Below are positions 11,176 through 20,119 of a stretch of DNA of 64,000 nt, in pieces. The stretch lies in NCBI GenBank assembly GCA_913054375.1, contig CAJXIQ010000001.1:1200-65199 (forward strand), given 5' to 3'. The first letter of the stretch is position 1; each line of letters opens with the position of its first letter. A model generated the notes under the pieces. It was not told the DNA's origin, did no database searches, and saw only the letters and a list, made by a program, of their open reading frames with translations. A program made the translations under genes and the position numbers. The stretch comes from an uncultured Bacteroidota bacterium (lineage in GTDB: Bacteria; Bacteroidota; Bacteroidia; NS11-12g; UBA9320).

Positions 11176-12666
11176 GTGAACACCAGAAAGCTTCTATACT
11201 TATTCCTTTCTATACTGGGACTTTTTATCCTAACTGTACCCCTATGGCTTAAGGTAGATCTGCTACCTATGCGAATATGGGATGAATCACGAAACGCTGT
11301 AAATGCAATAGAAATGTACCAAACCAACAATTGGCTGGTACGTACGTTCAACTTTGCTCCAGAAACATACGAACTAAAGCCTCCTTTACTCACATGGTTT
11401 CAGGTTGGCTCTCTGCATATTTTGGGCCTCAATGAGCTAGGTATACGTATGCCGTCAGTGTTGTTTAGCATTATCACTTTACTACTGCTCTTCTCCCTTA
11501 TCTACAAAATGACAGACAACCCGTTTCTGGGTTTATTAGCGGCTACTGTTACCGCCACATCTGCCGGCTTCTACGCCGAGCATGCTGGTAGGTTTGGAGA
11601 CCACGAGGCTCTGCTTGTTTGTTTAAGCATGTGGCTGTTTTATACCGTCTACCACTACAGTACAACGCTAAAATCTAAGTACATCTACCTCTCGGGCATA
11701 AGCATTACTTTGGGAATACTCTGCAAAAGTGTGGCTATTGGAATGGTGCTTCCTGGGCTTATTTTATTCTTACTATACGACCGAAAGATGTTGGGTCTAC
11801 TTAAAAGCGGGCACACCTACTTAGCATTTTTTATCGCGATCACGCCAGTATTTGCCTACTACTTTCTACGAGAACAAGCACAATCCGGATACTTAGACTT
11901 GGTATGGACATGGGAACTGTTCCCTAGGTTTTTCAATACAGCCTCAGAGGTAACTTTCAAAGATGCGGGTTTTGGATATTACTTTGGCTTAATGAAAAAC
12001 AATAAAATGGAGTTTTGGGTGTGGTCATTTCCATTGATCATTTTGGCACCGTTTGCTGCCAAAAATATTAATCCAAAATGGGCTTTTTGGGTTCTCCCCT
12101 CAGTAGTTTTTTTGCTTATAATATCTAGCGGCACTAAAAACTTTTGGTATCTAGCACCAGTAGTTCCTATGCTAGCTGGAGCTATTGCTATAAGTGCTCA
12201 TATAGTAATTAAAGGAGAGACAAAAAGAATGCCTTGGGTAATTATTCCACTATCAATAATGGCTACTTTAAGTTTTCAAAAAGCATACGAATATGCTTTT
12301 AGTCCTCAAGAAAAGTATTTTGAATGGGAAACCAATGGTATTTCGCACTACCTAAAAGATGAGAAGCATGTTGCCAACCTGAGCTCGAATACTAAAATAT
12401 TGCTAGACGAAAAGTATGGATACGAACCACATAAATTTTACTTAAACAAACTAAATATAGAACGGGGTTTAGATATAAAAAGAACGGAACTTTATCACCT
12501 AAACCCTAATGATACCTTACTTATATCGCATGAAAGCACTTATAAAACATTAAGTAAAAAGTATCAAATAGAGATGTTAGATAGCTCCTACAGTCATACC
12601 AAACTGCTAGTTATACAACCTCTAATCCAAGTAGACTCTATAAGCAATCTCAGCTCTATAGAGTAA
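11176..12666 (+). CDS. ArnT/PMT-like (GT-C fold) glycosyltransferase, paralogue 2
   Basis: IWDESRNA, KPPLLTW, RMPS, HAGRFGDHEALL and LCKS; colinear with the upstream paralogue over its full length. Confidence 0.85.
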   Translation: MNTRKLLYLFLSILGLFILTVPLWLKVDLLPMRIWDESRNAVNAIEMYQTNNWLVRTFNFAPETYELKPPLLTWFQVGSLHILGLNELGIRMPSVLFSIITLLLLFSLIYKMTDNPFLGLLAATVTATSAGFYAEHAGRFGDHEALLVCLSMWLFYTVYHYSTTLKSKYIYLSGISITLGILCKSVAIGMVLPGLILFLLYDRKMLGLLKSGHTYLAFFIAITPVFAYYFLREQAQSGYLDLVWTWELFPRFFNTASEVTFKDAGFGYYFGLMKNNKMEFWVWSFPLIILAPFAAKNINPKWAFWVLPSVVFLLIISSGTKNFWYLAPVVPMLAGAIAISAHIVIKGETKRMPWVIIPLSIMATLSFQKAYEYAFSPQEKYFEWETNGISHYLKDEKHVANLSSNTKILLDEKYGYEPHKFYLNKLNIERGLDIKRTELYHLNPNDTLLISHESTYKTLSKKYQIEMLDSSYSHTKLLVIQPLIQVDSISNLSSIE

Positions 12667-13536
12667 TCCATTGTCGTAGTCTGTATTCAACTGAACCCTA
12701 TCGTCTCCAAATCGGAAGAGACTTAGCCCAAAGTCAATCTTGTCGTCATTCTCATAGACTTGAAAAGAGCGCCCCAACGATAAGCCAGCCACTCCCCTTA
12801 CTATAACCCCTTTTATGGGTTCAAAGCCTATGTGTGCCGCAATCTCATTAGATAAGTGATGCATATAAAATGGTTGTGCAACATTGGCAGGTGTACGTAT
12901 GGTGGGGCCGTTTAAATTGTAGGATTTCACCGTAGCCCTCCAATTTACACCCACCGTCACCTTTGGCCTAATGCTATAGTTTATCTTAGCGTACGATGGT
13001 ATTATTACATCCATTTCTAGTTTGTCTTTTTTGTAATAAAACCCAAAGAGCGGAACCAAAAAAGGACCGAATTTATCTCCATTTGCATAAGCACCAAACT
13101 TGTATGTCAAATGCTCACTCCTCTTCATTTTGGCTAGGCCTAAAGCCCCAAACTGGAAATCTTGACGACCTACCTTGTCCTCAAAACGCGATGCTAACTT
13201 GGGAAGCAGTAGGACGGTTGTGCTCCATTTTTCCGAGTGTTTCAGATTTATTCCTAACTTAAGTATATAGGAAGAAACAGGCATTTTTTCTGTGTATTCC
13301 CACAAACGTGTATCTACCCTATCGTAGACAACTCCAGTAATGATTGCGTTTCCATTTTTTAGTTTTAAGGGTACGGTGAGGTTAATATTGAGTTTTTGTA
13401 GGTCTGTAGTGCTATCTGAACTGGTGAACGTGTTTTGCGGTGTAGCGGTATACTCCGAGTAGAATACATCTACATAATTTTGGGCACAAGACAGTACGCT
13501 TATACCCAGAAATCCTATCAATTTAAATATTCGCAT
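12622..13536 (-). CDS. Outer-membrane beta-barrel protein, DUF6268-like
   Basis: Probable start MRIFKLIG at 13536; signal peptide then Gln; amphipathic strands with PxxG motif (FLVPLFGFYY); terminal aromatic strand. Confidence 0.6.
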   Translation of the reverse strand: MRIFKLIGFLGISVLSCAQNYVDVFYSEYTATPQNTFTSSDSTTDLQKLNINLTVPLKLKNGNAIITGVVYDRVDTRLWEYTEKMPVSSYILKLGINLKHSEKWSTTVLLLPKLASRFEDKVGRQDFQFGALGLAKMKRSEHLTYKFGAYANGDKFGPFLVPLFGFYYKKDKLEMDVIIPSYAKINYSIRPKVTVGVNWRATVKSYNLNGPTIRTPANVAQPFYMHHLSNEIAAHIGFEPIKGVIVRGVAGLSLGRSFQVYENDDKIDFGLSLFRFGDDRVQLNTDYDNGLLYRAEIAYRVYLD

Positions 13537-13623
13537 TCTTACACAATGATACTCAAAATTCAAAAGGTCTTTTACACTCGTTCTTTTTTTGTCTCTCTGT
13601 GGGTCTTACATTTACCGTTCATT

Positions 13624-14082
13624 ATGTTTCACATTGTTTTACTAGAACCTAGAATGCCCGGCAACGTAGGGACAATTGGTCGATTGGCGGTAGCTACGGG
13701 TTGCGTACTCCATCTTATTAAACCCTATGGTTTTAAAGCCATAAATGAGGAAAAAGTGAAACGTGCAGGAATGGACTATTGGGCAGATCTCAATTTTGTA
13801 GAATATGACACCATTGAGGAATTCTGGGCCAAACACCCTTTTAACGATAGGCATTTTCTTGCCACTAAAAAGGCTCCTAAAGCCTATACTGAATTTCGTT
13901 TTAAGCCCAACGACTTTCTTTATTTTGGAAGAGAAGATGTGGGCCTACCTGAGCCTCTAGCTAACCAACACCCAGACTTGTGCTTATCTATCCCTATGGT
14001 AAGCGGTGCACGCTCTCTAAATATTGCCAATGCTGCTTCTGTATTGGTATATGAAGCTTGGCGACAGTGTAAAAAACACTAA
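13624..14082 (+). CDS. trmL: tRNA (cytidine/uridine-34 2'-O)-methyltransferase, SPOUT family
   Basis: Real start MFHIVLLEP at 13624; PGNVGTIGRL, KRAGMDYW, FGREDVGLP and RSLNIANA. Confidence 0.93.
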   Translation: MFHIVLLEPRMPGNVGTIGRLAVATGCVLHLIKPYGFKAINEEKVKRAGMDYWADLNFVEYDTIEEFWAKHPFNDRHFLATKKAPKAYTEFRFKPNDFLYFGREDVGLPEPLANQHPDLCLSIPMVSGARSLNIANAASVLVYEAWRQCKKH

Positions 14083-14154
14083 ATTGCTTTTTTATTCATT
14101 CTGTCTAATTGAAAACAGAAGTATTTTTGATATACTAATAAGATAAGAATATAC

Positions 14155-15372
14155 GTGGAATCTAATTTAAAAGAAGCAGTTGAACAGAAATTTGGAGCTA
14201 AAATTCTGAATCGTGGGGATTGTGAAAAACTAGCACAAGTAATCTCTGATCAAACAGGCAATGGCGTAAACTATAACACTCTCAGGCGCATGTATGGCTT
14301 AGCTCCACCCGTAAAGGTGCGTATAAATACTTTGAATACGCTAAGTATTTATGTTGGGTACAGTTCTTACTACCAGTTTCGAAAAGAATCTCCTTATGAG
14401 GTAAGTTGGTCTGCGAGTTTGAAAATATATGAATACCTGTTCTCCCCAAATCAAGAGTCGCTAATAGCCTTGATAAAAAATAATATGCTAAAAAATGAGG
14501 ACTATTTACTCCCTCTCATTAACATTATTAGAGAATATATAATTGACCACAGAATAGATGAATTGGTTCGCTTATTTAATTCAGAATCCCTCAACCCCGA
14601 AAAGTTTAGATACAAGCAAAAGCTCATATTGGGCAATTCTGTGGGCATACTGCTGCGTACGCATAGTCTGTCAAAAAAAGAGGTTTTAAAACTATCTAAA
14701 TCTAGTTTTTATAGAACCTGCATATTTGAAATATTTGTAGATTACTCATCGTTTGACGGTTATTATTCATCCTTTTTGAGCGTATTGCACAACAGCAGAC
14801 TTTACAAAAACAAAATATTTGTAAAGTGCCTTTTGAACACAAAAGCATACTTAAATTGTACCCCAACCACCATATTTCTGCTTAAAAACAAAGAAATAAA
14901 ACCATTGCACCCCATTTTAAAAGGCAGGTATTTTTCAAACTTCTTACTGGATCAGGTACATACCAAAGATTTTTTTTATTCGATCAAAAGATACGTTGAT
15001 CCAATCAATATGTTTCAGCTTTTCTATGAGCCAATGGTTATCTCTATTGTCACTAAAAATATTTCAGCTCAGGCGTGGCTCATAGAACAAATAGAAACAC
15101 AAAAGAAGCGCCACAATTATGGTGAGCCACACTACAATGAGGTATATAAACTCATGCAAACCCAATACCACCAATCCTCTGGTAATTTCAAAAAAGCTAG
15201 GGATATGTTTGCAACAATAAATACCGATAATTTCATCCTTAGCTATAAATCATTTCTCTTGTTTTTCTATCACGAAGTAGGATATTGCTTATCTAAAACT
15301 GAGGAAATGCGAAGCCTACTAAAGCTGTCACTAAAAAATAATCCGTACAAGCGACTTCGTAAAATGATGTAA
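14155..15372 (+). CDS. Hypothetical protein with N-terminal HTH-like domain and helical C-terminal region
   Basis: N-terminus (LKEAVEQKFG..DCEKLAQVI..VNYNTLRRMYG..TLNTLSIYVGY) resembles a Bacteroidota DNA-binding module; no signal peptide; AT-rich; GTG start. Confidence 0.55.
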   Translation: MESNLKEAVEQKFGAKILNRGDCEKLAQVISDQTGNGVNYNTLRRMYGLAPPVKVRINTLNTLSIYVGYSSYYQFRKESPYEVSWSASLKIYEYLFSPNQESLIALIKNNMLKNEDYLLPLINIIREYIIDHRIDELVRLFNSESLNPEKFRYKQKLILGNSVGILLRTHSLSKKEVLKLSKSSFYRTCIFEIFVDYSSFDGYYSSFLSVLHNSRLYKNKIFVKCLLNTKAYLNCTPTTIFLLKNKEIKPLHPILKGRYFSNFLLDQVHTKDFFYSIKRYVDPINMFQLFYEPMVISIVTKNISAQAWLIEQIETQKKRHNYGEPHYNEVYKLMQTQYHQSSGNFKKARDMFATINTDNFILSYKSFLLFFYHEVGYCLSKTEEMRSLLKLSLKNNPYKRLRKMM

Positions 15373-15379
15373 CGCTTCC

Positions 15380-15525
15380 AATGGAAATTTTAACTGCCGG
15401 CTCTTATCCCGACCAATGTCTAGTGATTTTATTAGCCTGAAAATCATAGTGCTAAATTTCAACGGTGAGTTGCTGCCCGGTTAAGAATCGGGTTGATTTG
15501 GAGCACCAGGAGACTTTATTCCATT
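15380..15525. other. Self-complementary intergenic element (candidate ncRNA or MITE-like remnant)
   Basis: Nested pairings: AATGGAA 15380-86 with TTCCATT 15519-25; GCTC 15400-03 with GAGC 15501-04; TTATCCCGA 15404-12 with TCGGGTTGA 15488-96; TGATTTT 15424-30 with AAAATCA 15440-46. Confidence 0.35.
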
Positions 15526-15633
15526 TAGCTTAGTTTAACCCTATATACATCTTTAAAGGTCAAACTACTAAGCACGATACGAAGTGTTTCTCTACGAAAG
15601 AAGCACTCTACAATCTGCTTTTTTCTTTCTCTC

Positions 15634-15642
15634 TTATCCACA
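15634..15642 (+). promoter_or_regulatory. Perfect DnaA box upstream of dinB
   Basis: TTATCCACA ending 60 nt before the dinB start. A single 9-mer could be chance. Confidence 0.35.
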
Positions 15643-15702
15643 TTCTCTTGCTTTCTATTTTTCTTTGTGGTTAAATTATAATCAACAAAAGAGATAATAA
15701 TA

Positions 15703-16914
15703 TTGCCTAAACAAATAGTACACATGGACCTAGACACCTTCTACGTATCTGTAGAACGACTCATCGATTCGCGGCTCGTAGGCAAACCCGTAATGCTAGG
15801 TGGAGTAGGCGACAGAGGTGTGGTAGCTAGCTGCAGTTATGAGGCTCGCACCTTTGGAGTATATAGCGGTATGAGTATGAAAATGGCCCGTCTACTTTGC
15901 CCGCAAGGAATAGTAATAAAAGGCAATTCCGGAACCTACTCCAAGTACTCCAAAACGATAACAGAAATTATACGCGAAACCGCCCCTATAGTTGAGAAGA
16001 GCAGTATAGATGAGTTTTACTTGGACCTTACGGGAATGGACCGGTTTTTTGGATGCTACAAGCTAGCTAGTGAGCTACGAACCCGCATTACCAAAGAAAC
16101 AGGGTTGCCCATATCTTTTGGTATGTCTATAAATAAAACAGTGAGCAAGATAGCTACCGGTGAAGCCAAACCAGATAACCAGTTGAAAATAGACTTTGGC
16201 AATGAAAAACCTTTCCTAGCTCCACTATCTGTAAAAAAAATACCGATGATAGGCAAAAAAACAGCTTTTATGCTCAGCCGTATGGGCGTACAAAAAATAC
16301 ACACCTTGCAAGAAATGCCGTTGGAATTGCTCGAAAAAGCTTTTGGGAAAAATGGGAAAATAATGTGGCAAAAAGCGAACGGAATAGACCATAGTCTCCT
16401 CATTCCCTACCATGAAAAAAAGAGTATAAGCACCGAACGCACCTTCATGAAAGACACTATAGATGTCCGCAAACTCAAAGATATGGTAGTGGCTATGGTA
16501 GAGCAACTGGCCTACGAACTGCGTCGCGATCAGCGGGTATGTTCCACTATAAACATCAAGTTACGGTACTCCGACTTTCAGACAGTAAGCAAACAAAAGA
16601 AGATACCTTATACTGCAGCTGACCATACACTCATGGGCCACGCAAAAGACCTCTTTGACTCGCTATACAGTCGTAGAGTTCGGATACGATTGGTGGGAGT
16701 AAAATTGGGTGATTTGGCGGGTGGCGGCCACCAAATAGATCTTTTTAATGATGATGACAGAAGCATTGATCTATACCAAGCTATGGATGCTATGAAAGAC
16801 CGCTACGGATCCAATGCCGTAAGACGCAGCGTTGCTATAGAAGTAAAGGGGCTCGGTAGAGGCAACCCTTTTAGTGGAGAACCCAATGTCGTACCCGCTC
16901 ATCGAAACGCATGA
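15703..16914 (+). CDS. dinB: DNA polymerase IV (Y family)
   Basis: HMDLDTFYVSVE, SCSYEARTFGV and SIDEFYLD with catalytic acids intact; C-terminal QIDLF clamp-binding motif. Confidence 0.93.
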   Translation: MPKQIVHMDLDTFYVSVERLIDSRLVGKPVMLGGVGDRGVVASCSYEARTFGVYSGMSMKMARLLCPQGIVIKGNSGTYSKYSKTITEIIRETAPIVEKSSIDEFYLDLTGMDRFFGCYKLASELRTRITKETGLPISFGMSINKTVSKIATGEAKPDNQLKIDFGNEKPFLAPLSVKKIPMIGKKTAFMLSRMGVQKIHTLQEMPLELLEKAFGKNGKIMWQKANGIDHSLLIPYHEKKSISTERTFMKDTIDVRKLKDMVVAMVEQLAYELRRDQRVCSTINIKLRYSDFQTVSKQKKIPYTAADHTLMGHAKDLFDSLYSRRVRIRLVGVKLGDLAGGGHQIDLFNDDDRSIDLYQAMDAMKDRYGSNAVRRSVAIEVKGLGRGNPFSGEPNVVPAHRNA

Positions 16915-16939
16915 TCTCATCAGAGCAATTTAATGTAAA

Positions 16940-19900
16940 ATGTACCTAAACTGCCATACATATTACTCTTTCAAATACGGGACAATGTCACCCGAAGAGT
17001 TGTTGTATGAGGCTGATATTGCCTATAGAAACACACCTCTCCAACCTGTTTCTACCGTAGGTGCGATCGCACTAACAGACATCAACAGTACCTCTGGCTG
17101 TTTATATCACGCTTTGCTGTGCCAAAAAAACAACTGGCCCGTAATAATGGGTGTCGATTTTAGAATAGGAAACAAGCAGCAATTCATCGCCATAGCAAGA
17201 GATAATGAGGGTTTTCAAAATATAAATTTTTACCTGTCTGAATTTTTACTGCAAAAAAAGAATGCACCTTGCGGTACATTCCCAAAAGCCCCCATCCTTA
17301 AAAATTCCTACATCGTTTATCCATTAAAAAATGTACCTGACAGACCTTTGCGAAGCAACGAATACATTGGAATAAGCCATACAGATTTATTTGTTTTTCA
17401 GGCGAAGGGCGCCCATTCTTCAAAAACACAAATACACAATAAGTACGTGGCTCTAAACACTGTTACCTTCCGCAATAAGCGAGATTTTAACGCTCACAGG
17501 CTGCTACGGGCTATAGATAAAAACGCTCTACTCAGCAAACTCCCCACCAAGGAGCAGGGGGAGATTCACCACACTTTTTATTCGCAAAAAAAAATACTGC
17601 AATTGTATTGCAACTACGAATATTTATTAGAAAACACCAAAAATCTATTGTCCCATTGCCGCCTACATTTTGATTTTAACGATAAGGCAAAACTAGCCAA
17701 CAAAAAGACCTTCACCCAAACTCAAAAACAAGACTACCAGTTATTAGAACAGCTCACAAAAGAGGGGCTCGTTTACCGGTTTGGCAATGCCATATCGCAA
17801 GAAATAAAAGAGCGCGTAGCCAAAGAGTTAAGCACCATAAAGCAGTGCAACTTTGTGCCGTATTTTCTCATAAATCACAACATAGTAACCTATGCCCGCA
17901 AACAAGGATACTTCTACGTAGGCCGAGGAAGTGGCGCCAATAGCCTGATAGCTTATCTACTCCGCATCACCAATGTAGATCCTATAGAATTGGATCTCTA
18001 CTTCGAACGGTTCATAAATACAAGTCGAAAGTCTCCTCCAGATTTTGATATAGATTTTAGCTGGCGAGACCGCCAAGATGTAACGCGATACATATTCGAA
18101 ACATTTCCCAATACCGCTTTGATGGGAAGTTTTGTTACCTTCCAAGCTCGATCGGTCATACGCGAAATCGGTAAAGTGTTGGGTTTGCCGGCAGACGAAA
18201 TAAAAAACATACAACATACCGATAAGCCGCAACACCTCGATCACCTGGGTAAACTCTGCATTCTCTACAGCCAGTACATTCACGGTTTTCCGAATCACCT
18301 AAGTATACACAGCAGTGGTATCGTAATCACAGAAAGACCCATCCAATACTATGGTGCTACCAATATGCCGCCCAAAGGGTTTCCTACCGCACATTTTGAC
18401 ATGCACATAGCTGAAGATGTTGGCATATACAAATACGATATATTGGGACAACGCGGATTGGGGAAAATAAAAGATACCATTGGCATCATAAAACAAAACC
18501 AGCCCGATGCAGACGCTTTTGATATAGATGATATAGCCCGGTTCAAAGAAGATGAAAAAATAAAAGACCTGCTGCGTCGTGGAGATACTATGGGCTGCTT
18601 TTATGTAGAAAGTCCCGCTATGCGCGCACTTATGCGAAAACTAAGGGTAGACAACTACCGAGGGTTGGTGGCCGCTAGCTCTATTATTCGTCCTGGAGTG
18701 AGCAACAGTGGAATGATGGCTGAATACATAAAACGTCACCGTAACAAAGAAGCTAGAGCGGCCACACACCCTGTGCTTGCCAAAATACTACACGATACCT
18801 ATGGAATAATGGTGTACCAAGAGGATGTACTCAAGGTTGCTCACCATTTTGCTGGTCTCACACTAGAAGAATCTGATGTATTGAGGCGTGGGATGAGTTT
18901 GAAATTCAGAGACCGAACAGAGTTTAAAACCGTAAAAAAATTCTTTTTTAACAACTGCAAAGCCAAAGGGTACCACCCTGTGCTCACCAAAGAAGTATGG
19001 GCGCAAATAGAGAGTTTTGCTAGCTATGCATTTGCCAAAGGGCACTCGGCTAGTTATGCTGTAGAAAGTTATCAAAGTCTTTTCTTAAAAGCATATTTCC
19101 CGCTAGAATATATGGTGGCTACGATCAATAATTTTGGCGGGTTTTACCGTACAGAGCAGTACATACAAGAAGCTAGACTGAAGGGTGCGCACATAGCAGA
19201 ACCGTGTATAAATCATAGCAATTTTGACACTACAATAGCCGGTAAAAATATTTTTATCGGTTTTCAACATGTAGCAGGATTAGAGGGAAGAGTAGTAGAT
19301 GCTCTACTGGCCAACCGTGAAAAAAATGGCCTGTTTGATAGCCTAGAAGATTTTACCCAACGAATAAGCGTAAGCCTAGACCAAACGGTAATATTAATTC
19401 GCATCAATGCTTTTCGGTTTACCCACAAAACCAAACACTGGCTCTTATGGAAAGCGCATTTTCTACTAGCAGCAATAAGCAAAAGCTCGGCTCACCCCTC
19501 GCTTTTTTCTCAGTTTAACAATACCCAAAAAGTAACTATCCCCGAATTAGATAGCATGCCGCACGAAGACACTATGGATGAAATAGCCTACTTAGGGTTT
19601 CCTATGTGTTCACCCTTTGACTTGATAGACGAGGACGATAAAAAAAGCTGCATCGTAAGTGCCCGTTTTGAGCAAAATTTAGACAAAGACATTACCTTGT
19701 TGGGCTACCTTGTACATACTAAACGTACCAAAACTAAAGGCAGAATAGAGCAAGAAATGTTCTTTGGGACATGGATGGACATGGACGGACAATTTTTTGA
19801 TAGTGTTCATTTTCCACTTATCGCAAGACGGTACAAATTTAAAGGGCGAGGCGTTTACTTGATAAAAGGTAGGGTAACTTCTGACTTTGGGCATTATACA

Positions 19901-19954
19901 TTAGAGGTCCAATACTTAGCAAAAATACCCTACGGAAAACTTGTCCAAGCCTGA
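16940..19954 (+). CDS. dnaE2: DNA polymerase III alpha subunit, error-prone DnaE2 type
   Basis: GRGSGANS, SPPDFDIDF, GIMVYQED and FAKGHSASY. PHP metal motifs are degenerate (NCHTYYS, ALTDINS), the protein is short (1004 aa) and it lies 25 nt downstream of dinB. Confidence 0.88.
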   Translation: MYLNCHTYYSFKYGTMSPEELLYEADIAYRNTPLQPVSTVGAIALTDINSTSGCLYHALLCQKNNWPVIMGVDFRIGNKQQFIAIARDNEGFQNINFYLSEFLLQKKNAPCGTFPKAPILKNSYIVYPLKNVPDRPLRSNEYIGISHTDLFVFQAKGAHSSKTQIHNKYVALNTVTFRNKRDFNAHRLLRAIDKNALLSKLPTKEQGEIHHTFYSQKKILQLYCNYEYLLENTKNLLSHCRLHFDFNDKAKLANKKTFTQTQKQDYQLLEQLTKEGLVYRFGNAISQEIKERVAKELSTIKQCNFVPYFLINHNIVTYARKQGYFYVGRGSGANSLIAYLLRITNVDPIELDLYFERFINTSRKSPPDFDIDFSWRDRQDVTRYIFETFPNTALMGSFVTFQARSVIREIGKVLGLPADEIKNIQHTDKPQHLDHLGKLCILYSQYIHGFPNHLSIHSSGIVITERPIQYYGATNMPPKGFPTAHFDMHIAEDVGIYKYDILGQRGLGKIKDTIGIIKQNQPDADAFDIDDIARFKEDEKIKDLLRRGDTMGCFYVESPAMRALMRKLRVDNYRGLVAASSIIRPGVSNSGMMAEYIKRHRNKEARAATHPVLAKILHDTYGIMVYQEDVLKVAHHFAGLTLEESDVLRRGMSLKFRDRTEFKTVKKFFFNNCKAKGYHPVLTKEVWAQIESFASYAFAKGHSASYAVESYQSLFLKAYFPLEYMVATINNFGGFYRTEQYIQEARLKGAHIAEPCINHSNFDTTIAGKNIFIGFQHVAGLEGRVVDALLANREKNGLFDSLEDFTQRISVSLDQTVILIRINAFRFTHKTKHWLLWKAHFLLAAISKSSAHPSLFSQFNNTQKVTIPELDSMPHEDTMDEIAYLGFPMCSPFDLIDEDDKKSCIVSARFEQNLDKDITLLGYLVHTKRTKTKGRIEQEMFFGTWMDMDGQFFDSVHFPLIARRYKFKGRGVYLIKGRVTSDFGHYTLEVQYLAKIPYGKLVQA

Positions 19955-20119
19955 TGGTTTTGTTTGGGGGTTCTCTCTATGATTTTTTTAGGTGATTTGT
20001 GTGCTTACATTTCTTTGATCTACAAAACTTACGCTGAAACCTTATAGGTTCAGTGCTAATACTAAACTTAAATTTGGACTTGAACTAAGTTTTAAACTTG
20101 TGAGCATACCTTTGCCCTA

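Noticed and set aside
15495..15520. GAGCACCAGGAGAC resembling a cobalamin riboswitch B12 box
   Set aside because: The other conserved elements (GGGAA, GCCACTG, CCCGCAACTGT) are missing, and the downstream gene is unrelated to B12.
15525..15737. 70-aa minus-strand ORF as a divergent regulator of dinB
   Set aside because: It overlaps the dinB start, derives from a pyrimidine-rich tract and has no HTH pattern.
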